Assembly: GCA_963710875.1 (NCBI GenBank) | Contig: CAVQBW010000005.1 | Coordinates: 272,577-336,576 of the forward strand | Length of the DNA stretch: 64,000 nt | Reading direction: 5' to 3' | Source: an uncultured Acidobacteriaceae bacterium | GTDB lineage: Bacteria; Acidobacteriota; Terriglobia; Terriglobales; Acidobacteriaceae | Shown here: positions 8,112 to 16,218 of the stretch, piece by piece | How positions within the stretch are numbered: the first letter of the stretch is position 1 | Layout of the letters: the number at the start of each line of letters is the position of its first letter | Position numbers and translations under genes: made by a program | Notes under the pieces: model-generated | The model's input: only the letters and a program-made list of their open reading frames with translations | Database searches by the model: none | What the model was told of the DNA's origin: nothing

Positions 8112-10205
8112 ATGACCCTCGCCGCAGGAATCGAGATTGCAGTGGACGGAACTCCGGCGCGTGGCTCGGGCAAGCAGGCCGGAGCGATGCCCGGCACAGG
8201 ACGTGCTGGGATGGCCTCGCAAGCTCTCTTGCCTTCGATGGCTCCTGGGGCTGCTGCCGGGACCGTTGCTGAGGCGAAGAGCTTTCGCGAGGGCTGGCAA
8301 TCGCTGCTGGCCTCGCTGGACTCCAGTGCGGGAGGCCTCAGCGGGGCCGAGCCGGAGACGGGTCGAGGAACTTCATTGGCCGGATCGGCGGCCGCCGCGA
8401 AGCCGGGAGCGCGAGAGGCGGCAATCAGACCCTCCGCGGCGACTCCAGCCTTGGCCAGAGGCGGTGCTTTGAGCTTGAGGCAGGGAGCGGAAAAGAAAAG
8501 CAACGAGGCGGGCGTGGAGGCAAAACTCTCTGCTGCTTGCGCTCGGAATGAAGCCTCGCTGGCGCGTCTTGCGGACGGGGTTTCCAAGACGGCCTTCTTG
8601 AACAGAAGAATAGCCGCGGGCAGGATAGACGAGAAAAAGTCGGCGGCCGGACGGAAGTCCGAATCGGAGAGGAAGGCGCAACCAGCCCATTCCTCCCATG
8701 AGGTCAAGCTGGAGGCAGCCGTCCCGGAGGCCATGCCAGGCTTGCTCCCGTCAGCAAGTGCAACTCTTTCGATGACCGTGCCGGCGCCCGTGATTGTCCC
8801 TCCGGCGGCTCAGGGCACGAATTTCAAGGCGCATGCGGCTCCGCCCGATCTCTCTTCGGCCAAGCCCGTTCGTCGCCAACCCGCCGAAATTGCTTCCGCA
8901 TCCTTGATTCCACATCTGCCGAATCTTCCGCATCCGCCGGCCCAGAATCGCTCCAGCGCGGTTACCGCTGCGGAGCGCGCCTCGGTGCAGGAGACGGCGG
9001 ATGGAGACGAGACGCCCGCCAGACAAGAGCGGCTCATGCCTCTTCCCAGCGTGGGCGAGCCATCCGGCCCGGCACTCAACCGGATAGAACTGCCGAGTGC
9101 GCCGGAGGATGCCGAACCGGCGGGCGCGATGCGCGCCGCAAGCCTGAATCTGTCGGAAACGCCAGCAGCGCCGGCTAGGAACCCGGCTCAGACGGTTGCG
9201 CGGAGCCAGGATTCGCCACAATCGGCCGTCCCCATCCAGATTCCGGCGGAGACGACGGCACCGGGCCTGACTCTGGCATCTGCGCCGAGCCGGGACTCGT
9301 CTCAGACGCTTCAACAGAACCAAGCCGACCCTTCGACGCAGCCTGTGAAGCAGGTGGACCAGAGCGCGCCGGCCTTGATCGGCAACGCGATCCCGGATCG
9401 CCTAGCAGCCTTTGCGGGCACTGCCGCCGCCCCATTCATTCAGCCCTTGCCTGAAGTCGCGGCTGCCGGCGCTCCAGACACTGCAGTCAGCGGCAAGAGC
9501 CGGGAGTCAGGCTCTTTGCGGCCTGCGCGCGGAGCCGGCAAAGCCGGTTTGGCTGAGCAGGACGCTCACTCCGTCGAGGGACAGCCTTCCAGCCCGGCCA
9601 TGGATGCATTCGCGATGGCGCGCGATGGAGCGGGCCTTCGCGGAGCGGTGAGAGGGACCGGCGAGCCGGCGGGAGCTTTCACGGTTTCGCCGGCCAGTTC
9701 AGAGCCCCGCGAGACCTTTGCCGCGCTTGATGCAGGGGATGCGGTGGCGAAGCCGGCCTGGATTCATGCCGGGATGCAGAGGGCCGAGGCGGGCTTTGAG
9801 GATCCGGCCCTGGGCTGGGTCGGTGTCCGGGCGGATACGAGCGGGGGCGGGGTTCATGCCCAGTTGGTGCCCGGCTCGGCCGATGCAGCCCAGGCGCTGA
9901 GCGGCCACCTGGCAGGATTGAACTCCTATCTGGCAGAGCATCATACGCCGGTCGAGACGCTGACGATGGCTGCACCCGAGAGCGGGTGGGCCGGGCAGAG
10001 CGGCACGGGCGGGGGCCAGCAGATGCAGCAAGGGGCAGGGCAGCAGACGGCGCAAGGAGCCGATTCCGGCTCACAATCCAACCCACCCGGGAATGCACCG
10101 GTTCAGCCAGCGGCCATCTCCGGGCCTCCGGCATTTCACAGGGGGTTGGACGGGAGTGCGGAGGCGGCAAGGCCGGGGGGCATCCACATTTCGGTGATGG
10201 CCTGA
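8112..10205 (+). CDS. fliK: Flagellar hook-length control protein FliK (long, Ala/Pro-rich); start uncertain
   Basis: Long low-complexity N-terminal region plus a C-terminal FliK-C-like fold (LGWVGVRADTSGGGVHAQL...LAGLNSYLAE), followed by a Gln/Gly-rich tail; position before flgD. Confidence 0.82.
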   Translation: MTLAAGIEIAVDGTPARGSGKQAGAMPGTGRAGMASQALLPSMAPGAAAGTVAEAKSFREGWQSLLASLDSSAGGLSGAEPETGRGTSLAGSAAAAKPGAREAAIRPSAATPALARGGALSLRQGAEKKSNEAGVEAKLSAACARNEASLARLADGVSKTAFLNRRIAAGRIDEKKSAAGRKSESERKAQPAHSSHEVKLEAAVPEAMPGLLPSASATLSMTVPAPVIVPPAAQGTNFKAHAAPPDLSSAKPVRRQPAEIASASLIPHLPNLPHPPAQNRSSAVTAAERASVQETADGDETPARQERLMPLPSVGEPSGPALNRIELPSAPEDAEPAGAMRAASLNLSETPAAPARNPAQTVARSQDSPQSAVPIQIPAETTAPGLTLASAPSRDSSQTLQQNQADPSTQPVKQVDQSAPALIGNAIPDRLAAFAGTAAAPFIQPLPEVAAAGAPDTAVSGKSRESGSLRPARGAGKAGLAEQDAHSVEGQPSSPAMDAFAMARDGAGLRGAVRGTGEPAGAFTVSPASSEPRETFAALDAGDAVAKPAWIHAGMQRAEAGFEDPALGWVGVRADTSGGGVHAQLVPGSADAAQALSGHLAGLNSYLAEHHTPVETLTMAAPESGWAGQSGTGGGQQMQQGAGQQTAQGADSGSQSNPPGNAPVQPAAISGPPAFHRGLDGSAEAARPGGIHISVMA

Positions 10206-10304
10206 GGCAGAAAGCGCAGGCATCCAGAGGCCGAAGAGCGAGTCAAGACTCCGGCAGAGCGAAACCGGAGAACGCAAGCAGGAGAGAGATGCGAGGGAGG
10301 AACG

Positions 10305-10826
10305 ATGGCAGCAGCAGCGGGAATCTTGAATCACCATGAAACGGCGGCGCAGGCGCTTGCGGCGAAAACCGCAACCCCTGCAGCGGCGACCAGCAGCAGC
10401 TCGAGCAGCTCAAGCGGCGACTCGGCCACCATCTCGGCCAACGACTTTCTCACCCTGCTGGTGACCGAGATGCAAAACCAGGACCCGACGGCGGACACGG
10501 ACCCCAACGAGTACATCAACCAGTTGGTGAATGTGAACAGCCTGGAGCAGCTGATCTCGATCAACCAGACGCTCACAACGGATCTCGGCACCCCGGCGAC
10601 CGGTTCAAGCGCCACAGCTTCCACCCAGGCCAGCGGCGCAACCACGAGCCTGCCGGGCGGCGGAGCGGGTGCGCAGCCGGCCATCCCGGGCGCGGCGCCG
10701 TCGCTACCTGCCTCCCTCAACGCGGCAGTCGGCAAACTGGCGCCGGGCAATCTCGGCATTCCCGCGGCTATTCCCGCGGCTCAGAGCGTGGCCCAGGCCC
10801 TCAGCGGCCGGCCTCGCGTGCAATAG
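10305..10826 (+). CDS. flgD: Flagellar hook capping protein FlgD (short, N-terminal domain only)
   Basis: ANDFLTLLVTEMQNQDPTADTDPNEYINQL signature. Confidence 0.93.
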   Translation: MAAAAGILNHHETAAQALAAKTATPAAATSSSSSSSSGDSATISANDFLTLLVTEMQNQDPTADTDPNEYINQLVNVNSLEQLISINQTLTTDLGTPATGSSATASTQASGATTSLPGGGAGAQPAIPGAAPSLPASLNAAVGKLAPGNLGIPAAIPAAQSVAQALSGRPRVQ

Positions 10827-10916
10827 CGATGCCGCGAGCTTGAATGAGCCCGGCAACAACTGTTCCGCCGCCAGCCGTCGAGGCCCGCGCCAATCCAGAT
10901 CGAGAGGAGATTCACC

Positions 10917-12065
10917 ATGCCCAACTTTTACATTCCGCTCAGCGGTCTCAACGCCGATTCGACGGCGCTGAACACCATTGCCAACAACCTGTCCAACATG
11001 AACACCACCGGCTTCAAGGGGCAGACGACCAACTTCAGCGACCTGTTTTACCAGCAGGCCGGCACGACCGGCTCGGGAGATGAGATTCAGGTCGGCACCG
11101 GCGTGCAGGTGGCCTCCAACAGCACCGATTTCACAGGCGGTTCGATCTCCTCGACCGGCGTCTCGACCGATGCGGCGATCGATGGCGCGGGCTTCTTTGT
11201 GCTGGACAATAACGGAAGCCAGCTCTACACCCGCGACGGCAACTTCCAAGCCAGTTCGGCCGGCACGCTGGAGAGCACCGGAGGCCAGGCGGTGATGGGC
11301 TATGCGGCAGTGAACGGCCAAGTCAATCCCGGCGGCGGGCTGACGGACGTTGTCCTTCCCATCGGGACGGTGATGCAGCCCCTGGCGACCTCGAACTTCA
11401 GCATGACCCAGAATCTGGATTCATCGGACCAGATCGGCGCCACAACCGCCGGCACGGTGACGGTTTACGATTCTCTCGGCCAAAGCTACTCCGCTACGGT
11501 GACCTACACCAAGACCGGAACGAACCAGTGGTCCTATGGCATCGCCATACCGGATACGATGACGGCGGCTCCGGCAACCGACCCTGCGGCAACTGTCCTG
11601 CCGGTGACGCCGGGCGCGGCGACCAACTCGACCACCGCCGCCGCGCTGGCGCCCAGTTCGGCCGTTTCCGCTGGGAATACGACCTACAGCTATAACTTCG
11701 GCTCCGGCGGCACGGTCGATTCCACGACGAATCTGAGCATTGCAGGATCGGTCATTTCCATTCCCAGCACGGGGGAATCGGTCAACGCGCTCGAAACACA
11801 GATCAACGCGCTTACCGCGACGACCAATGTATCGGCGAATGTGTCCACAGTAAACGGCAGCACCGTGCTGACCGTCACCGGGCCCACAGCCACCATACCG
11901 ACCGCCGCGTCGATCGGTTCGATCGTTGCGGATTTGCCGGTCTCGACCACCAGTTACGACTTCGGCTCAACGGCCACGGTCGATGCCGCGACGAGCCTGA
12001 CGATCGCCGGGCAGGATGCCACCGGTCAGCCGTCGTCGGTTACCGTGACGAGCTGGCGCCAATGA
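10917..12065 (+). CDS. flgE: Flagellar hook protein FlgE, N-terminal part (frameshift at about 12049-12062)
   Basis: LSGLNADSTALNTIANNLSNMNTTGFK, DAAIDGAGFF and YTRDGNF motifs; ends in out-of-character SWRQ*. Confidence 0.9.
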   Translation: MPNFYIPLSGLNADSTALNTIANNLSNMNTTGFKGQTTNFSDLFYQQAGTTGSGDEIQVGTGVQVASNSTDFTGGSISSTGVSTDAAIDGAGFFVLDNNGSQLYTRDGNFQASSAGTLESTGGQAVMGYAAVNGQVNPGGGLTDVVLPIGTVMQPLATSNFSMTQNLDSSDQIGATTAGTVTVYDSLGQSYSATVTYTKTGTNQWSYGIAIPDTMTAAPATDPAATVLPVTPGAATNSTTAAALAPSSAVSAGNTTYSYNFGSGGTVDSTTNLSIAGSVISIPSTGESVNALETQINALTATTNVSANVSTVNGSTVLTVTGPTATIPTAASIGSIVADLPVSTTSYDFGSTATVDAATSLTIAGQDATGQPSSVTVTSWRQ

Positions 12066-12069
12066 ATCC

Positions 12070-13086
12070 GTGGCCGCCTATTACGCCCAGGTCAATGCGG
12101 CGCTGGCGGCGGCGGCAGCAGCCGGCAACCTCACCAATGCGTCGGCGGCAAACACCGGCAACCAGTTGTCGATTGGCGGCGCGGGCATCGCGATCACCGG
12201 CAATGCCTCCCAGGATTTGAGCGCCTCCACCATCAATTACAACTTCGGATCGAGCAATGGCACGGTCGCCGCGGTCGATCCCTCGACGAATCTCGCGATT
12301 ACCGGATTGAACTCCAGCGGCGTCTCGACCAGCATCGCCGCGCCCATGGTCACCGCCGGAGAGACGGTGGCGCAATATGCCGCGGCCCTCGAAAATGCCC
12401 TGGTGGCTGCCGGCATCGGCGGTGTGACGGTCAACTCGACGGCTGGCGGCCAGTTGTCGATCACCGGCGCGAATGTCACGACCACCGGCAACCTGGTTCA
12501 GGATCCAGTGGCTTCGGCCAATGGTACCGGCACTCTCACCTTCGATGCCAACGGCAATTTGGTAAGTCCGGCGGCAAACGTAGCCAACATTACCTTTGCG
12601 GGTCTCTCCGACGGCGCAGCGCCGATGAACATGACCTGGGATCTGTTCGGCGCGAGCGGATCGGGAACCATCAGCCAGACCGCGGCCGCCTCCGGGCAAT
12701 CGGCGGAAAATGCGAACGGTTATACCAGCGGCGCCTATAACGGCTTCAGCATCGATTCGAGTGGCGTGGTATCGGCCACTTATTCTAACGGCCAGACGCA
12801 GAACGTGGCCCAACTGGGAATTGCGACGGTCAGCAACCTGCAAGGTCTGGCCGACGTAGGCTCGACCGAGTACGAAACCACCACGGCTTCGGGCCAGGCC
12901 AACGTCGGGGTGGCCGGCTCGGATGGACTGGGGACCATCGACGGCAGCTCTCTCGAGGCCTCCAACGTCAACATCTCCGCCGAGTTCTCCGACCTGATTG
13001 TGGCGCAGCGCGCCTTCGAGGCCAACGCCAAATCGGTGACAACCTTCGACACCATCACCCAGGAAACCATCAACATGATTCACTAA
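12070..13086 (+). CDS. flgE: Flagellar hook protein FlgE, C-terminal part (+1 frame relative to the N-terminal part)
   Basis: GTLTFDANGNL and SLEASNVNISAEFSDLIVAQRAFEANAKSVTT C-terminal axial-protein motif; this frame is open from 12049. Confidence 0.9.
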   Translation: MAAYYAQVNAALAAAAAAGNLTNASAANTGNQLSIGGAGIAITGNASQDLSASTINYNFGSSNGTVAAVDPSTNLAITGLNSSGVSTSIAAPMVTAGETVAQYAAALENALVAAGIGGVTVNSTAGGQLSITGANVTTTGNLVQDPVASANGTGTLTFDANGNLVSPAANVANITFAGLSDGAAPMNMTWDLFGASGSGTISQTAAASGQSAENANGYTSGAYNGFSIDSSGVVSATYSNGQTQNVAQLGIATVSNLQGLADVGSTEYETTTASGQANVGVAGSDGLGTIDGSSLEASNVNISAEFSDLIVAQRAFEANAKSVTTFDTITQETINMIH

Positions 13087-13090
13087 TCCG

Positions 13091-13118
13091 CAAGGGGCGG
13101 CCCGGCGGCCACCCCTTG
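13091..13118. terminator. GC-rich hairpin after flgE
   Basis: CAAGGGG...CCCCTTG stem just after the flgE stop, between convergent genes. Confidence 0.45.
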
Positions 13119-13244
13119 GCTTCCAGGCTTCTCACGAGAGGGTTCGATCAGCAGGTTCAGGCGCGGTGTGAGCGATGCGCCTGAGCCTCCCTCGGCGATC
13201 AGATCGCCAGGCGGCGGCTCGAAACCCGTGCCTTCGGTGCTCAC

Positions 13245-13685
13245 TCACGAGCCGTGGCCGGTGCGGATCTCGATAAACAGGCCTTTCGCGCGCGCGAGAA
13301 GATGGCCTTTCTCGTCGAGAATCGTGGCTTCGGACCAGTGTTTCCGGCCTTCGCTGCGGATCAGGCGGCCCTCCAGGCGAATCGGCGCAGCGGAGTGCAC
13401 GGGACGCAGGTAGTCGATCTCCATCTGGCGGGTCATCGCCGTCAATCCCAGCGCGCGTACCGATTTGCTCATGCTCTCGTCCAGCAGCGTGGCGATGATG
13501 CCGCCATGCACATAACCGGCCGGCCCCTCGAAGCGATCCGGAATCGTAACCGGGCACACCACGGTTCCATCTTCGGCAAGCAGGAACTCAAGGCGCAGGC
13601 CGGCTTCATTGGCCGGGCCGCAGCCGAAACAGCGGCTCTGGGCCTTGTGCGCCATGGGGGTGAGTCTCTCGGCAGATGAATCCAT
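13245..13685 (-). CDS. PaaI/hotdog-fold thioesterase
   Basis: CFGCGPANEAGL and HGGIIATLLDE motifs; start moved to ATG 13685, 6 nt downstream of a TATGCT -10 box. Confidence 0.88.
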   Translation of the reverse strand: MDSSAERLTPMAHKAQSRCFGCGPANEAGLRLEFLLAEDGTVVCPVTIPDRFEGPAGYVHGGIIATLLDESMSKSVRALGLTAMTRQMEIDYLRPVHSAAPIRLEGRLIRSEGRKHWSEATILDEKGHLLARAKGLFIEIRTGHGS

Positions 13686-13779
13686 GGCCTCAGCATAGCG
13701 GAAGAGGCGCCTTTCAGAGTGCATTCGCAGATTCGGCTTTCTTTACGTAAACTTTCTCCAGGGGAAGAGCAGCAGCCGA

Positions 13780-14130
13780 ATGGTGCGATGGAAGATCGGA
13801 TGGTTCTTTGTTTGCCTCGGGTTGACGGCCTGTCTCAGTGGCTGCCGACCGGCGCCGGCTCTCACTCCGCAAGAGGCGGAAGGGAAGCAGCTCTACGAGA
13901 TTCGCTGTGCCCACTGCCACGAATTCAACGATCTCGCTCTCAAGAAGGTTCCGCCGGACCTGCACGGCCTCTTCAACCGCAAGACCTTACCCAGCGGAGC
14001 TCCTGCGACCGACCAGGCGGTGCGTCACAATATCCTGGCGGGGAAGGGAATGATGCCGCCCTTCACAGGCCGATTCACCGACGAGCAGATGGCCGCGCTG
14101 CTGGCCTATCTGCACACCGGACTGCCCTGA
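13780..14130 (+). CDS. Monoheme c-type cytochrome, probable lipoprotein
   Basis: CAHCH heme motif, distal Met in GKGMMPPF, signal peptide ending LSGC. Confidence 0.88.
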   Translation: MVRWKIGWFFVCLGLTACLSGCRPAPALTPQEAEGKQLYEIRCAHCHEFNDLALKKVPPDLHGLFNRKTLPSGAPATDQAVRHNILAGKGMMPPFTGRFTDEQMAALLAYLHTGLP

Positions 14131-14189
14131 TTCTTCGTATCCTGCGAAGAAAGTCGGAGCACCAAAGTCACCTCCGAACCGCGCCCGAT

Positions 14190-14205
14190 TGTGATATGGA
14201 TCACG
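14190..14205. promoter_or_regulatory. CRP/FNR-family-like binding site
   Basis: TGTGA-TATGGA-TCACG, a 9/10 match to TGTGA-N6-TCACA, in the AT-rich region upstream of 14391. Confidence 0.5.
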
Positions 14206-14250
14206 TTTAGCTATAAGAATTACCAAAGTACTGGGCATCTACGGCAAACC

Positions 14251-14278
14251 TCTACACTTCCGTAATGTAAAGTGTAGA
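14251..14278. repeat. Perfect 9-bp inverted repeat (operator or hairpin)
   Basis: TCTACACTT-N10-AAGTGTAGA. Confidence 0.6.
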
Positions 14279-14390
14279 TTATTGAGATGGGGACCTACCT
14301 CTCTTCAGCGTTTCTGCCGATCAGCGTGTTTGCGCGTGCTGCAGGTCGCTTCACGCTGTACTAGAGATGACGAACGGAAGGATGAAGACA

Positions 14391-15914
14391 ATGCCTAAAA
14401 AGATTTGCACAAACTATGGCAAATGCGCGCTTGCTAACGCTCATGAGGACTTTTCCCATGAGAAGAGGTCGATGACCTATTGCCCACTCTGTGACAAAAG
14501 ACTCAGCCTAGTCTCACCCCCATCCAGGGATATAGCGGCCAAGATCGTCCTCGGAATCTCTACGACGTTTATTCTTTTTGTTCTCTTCGGTTACGCAGTT
14601 GAAAAGAAATGGATCAACGCTCCCGGAGACACGAACGCCGCCGAGTTGAGGAGCACCCAGCCGCCCATCCTTCGCCTGGCCGACTCGAATACCATGCAAG
14701 ACAGCCTGGGACCGGCGCTGGCCGAGGCCTTTCTCAAGGCTCAGGGAGCCAGGAATATCCAGATTATTCCCGGAGCCAATCCGCAGGAAGAGACTGTTCA
14801 GGGCGCTTTGCCCGGCGATACAAGTGTTTCGTCGATCGAGATAGCCGCTTATGGCTCTGGAAGCGCCTTTACCGCACTGGCCGAGAACCGTTGCGACATC
14901 GGGATGGCCTCGCGGAAGATGAAACCCGCCGAAGCCGGCAAGTTCGCATCGAAGGGTGACCTTCACCCGGCGGACAGCGAACATGTCCTCGGGCTTGATG
15001 GCATGGCGGTGATCGTCAACGCCTCCAATCCGCTCAGCGAACTTCGAAAAGACACGATCAAGCGAATCTTTACCGGGGAGATTACCGACTGGTCGAAGAT
15101 CGGAACTTATCGCGGCCCCATTCAGATTTACGCGAGAGACGAGGGGTCTGCGATCACCGACTCCTTCAGAAGCTCGGTGCTTTCCGGAATGGCTCTGGCG
15201 CCATCGGCCCGCATGTATGGGGACAGCAATGCGGTGACCGAGGCGGTGGCCGACGATCCGAACGGTATCGGTTTCGTAAGTTTTTCCGTCGTTCACGGCG
15301 CAAAATCCATTGCCGTATCGGACAAGGGAACCGGCGCGCTCAAGCCGACCCGGTTGACCGTCTCTACGGAAGACTACCCTCTATCGAGGCGCCTCTACCT
15401 TTACGCTTCAGCGACTCCCCACAGCTCATATACAGGGAAGTTCGTCGAGTTTGCCCTTTCCAAGGAGGGTCAGGAAGTGGTTGCGGCCAACGGCTTCGTT
15501 GCTCAGGAGGTTGTCGCAGCGCCGCAACCTGTAGCCATTACAGCTCCTGATGAGTACAAACAGTTGACCCAGGGCGCGGAACGGCTGTCTCTGGATCTTC
15601 GGTTTAACACGGGAGACCTGGCCAAAGACAGCAAGGCTCAGGCGGATTTGGACCGGGTTGTCTCCATGGTTGCCGACGAAGGGGGCGCGAAGGACCGCAT
15701 TCTGCTCTTCGGCTTTACCGACAACAGCGGCAGCGCCGACGACAGTCAGACCGCATCGTTGAACCGGGCCAAGCTGGTCGAGAAGGAGTTTATCCAGCGG
15801 GGCATCAAGCCAGCGGTCGTCAAGGGCTTTGGTTCCGAGCTTCCCGTTGCCTCAAACGACACAGCCGAAGGCCGCGCGATGAACCGGCGCGTCGAGATCT
15901 GGATGAAGAAGTGA
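14391..15914 (+). CDS. Zn-ribbon / TM / PstS-like periplasmic binding domain / OmpA-like peptidoglycan-binding protein, copy 1
   Basis: N-terminal CTNYGKC...CPLC, one TM, PBP fold (CDIGMASR, GLDGMAVIVN, YPLSRRLYLY) and OmpA C-terminus (GFTDNSGS...NRRVEI). ORF track start is 14367; ATG 14391 is preferred. Confidence 0.85.
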   Translation: MPKKICTNYGKCALANAHEDFSHEKRSMTYCPLCDKRLSLVSPPSRDIAAKIVLGISTTFILFVLFGYAVEKKWINAPGDTNAAELRSTQPPILRLADSNTMQDSLGPALAEAFLKAQGARNIQIIPGANPQEETVQGALPGDTSVSSIEIAAYGSGSAFTALAENRCDIGMASRKMKPAEAGKFASKGDLHPADSEHVLGLDGMAVIVNASNPLSELRKDTIKRIFTGEITDWSKIGTYRGPIQIYARDEGSAITDSFRSSVLSGMALAPSARMYGDSNAVTEAVADDPNGIGFVSFSVVHGAKSIAVSDKGTGALKPTRLTVSTEDYPLSRRLYLYASATPHSSYTGKFVEFALSKEGQEVVAANGFVAQEVVAAPQPVAITAPDEYKQLTQGAERLSLDLRFNTGDLAKDSKAQADLDRVVSMVADEGGAKDRILLFGFTDNSGSADDSQTASLNRAKLVEKEFIQRGIKPAVVKGFGSELPVASNDTAEGRAMNRRVEIWMKK

Positions 15915-15923
15915 TGCGGCGTG

Positions 15924-15960
15924 GCGAGTTGACCGCAAATTGTAACGGCGGTCGACTCGC
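15924..15960. terminator. 13-bp stem hairpin after copy 1
   Basis: GCGAGTTGACCGC...GCGGTCGACTCGC with one G-U pair. Confidence 0.5.
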
Positions 15961-16218
15961 AGATGGATTGCCTGCAATCGAGGAAAGGGTATTCACATTT
16001 CGTTGATGATCCGCACCGACGCCACGAACTACTGTGTGCGGAGTGACTATTCTATAACCCCCGCGCAGGCGTTGCCACCGGAATAGCGGAACGTTCGTCG
16101 TACCTGGCCTTGGCAAGCCTTCAGGCGGGCTTTACTCAATGAGATTGGGTTAGCGGCCGTTCCTTTGGCCGGATGACAAAAGAGACAAGCGGCAATAGGC
16201 CGAAAGGCAGGAGAATCG

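Noticed and set aside
12046-12066. Programmed ribosomal frameshift or phase variation in flgE
   Set aside because: No slippery heptamer, homopolymer, SSR or stimulatory hairpin at the junction.
13100-13244. Short minus-strand GTG ORF (MSTEGTGFEPPPGDL...) starting right after the PaaI stop
   Set aside because: Under 60 aa, runs into the flgE hairpin and has no recognisable motif.
14243-14295. GGCAAACC...GGGAC resembling a c-di-GMP-I riboswitch, and TCTAC...GTAGAT resembling a Cas12a repeat stem
   Set aside because: Lacks the GNRA loop and GCAAAGC of GEMM; single copy with no spacers or cas genes. Kept only as an inverted repeat.
16191-16218. GCC-GAAA-GGC hairpin or GCCGAAAG as a riboswitch or sigma-28 -10 before copy 2
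   Set aside because: No -35 TAAA at the right spacing and no remaining riboswitch elements.
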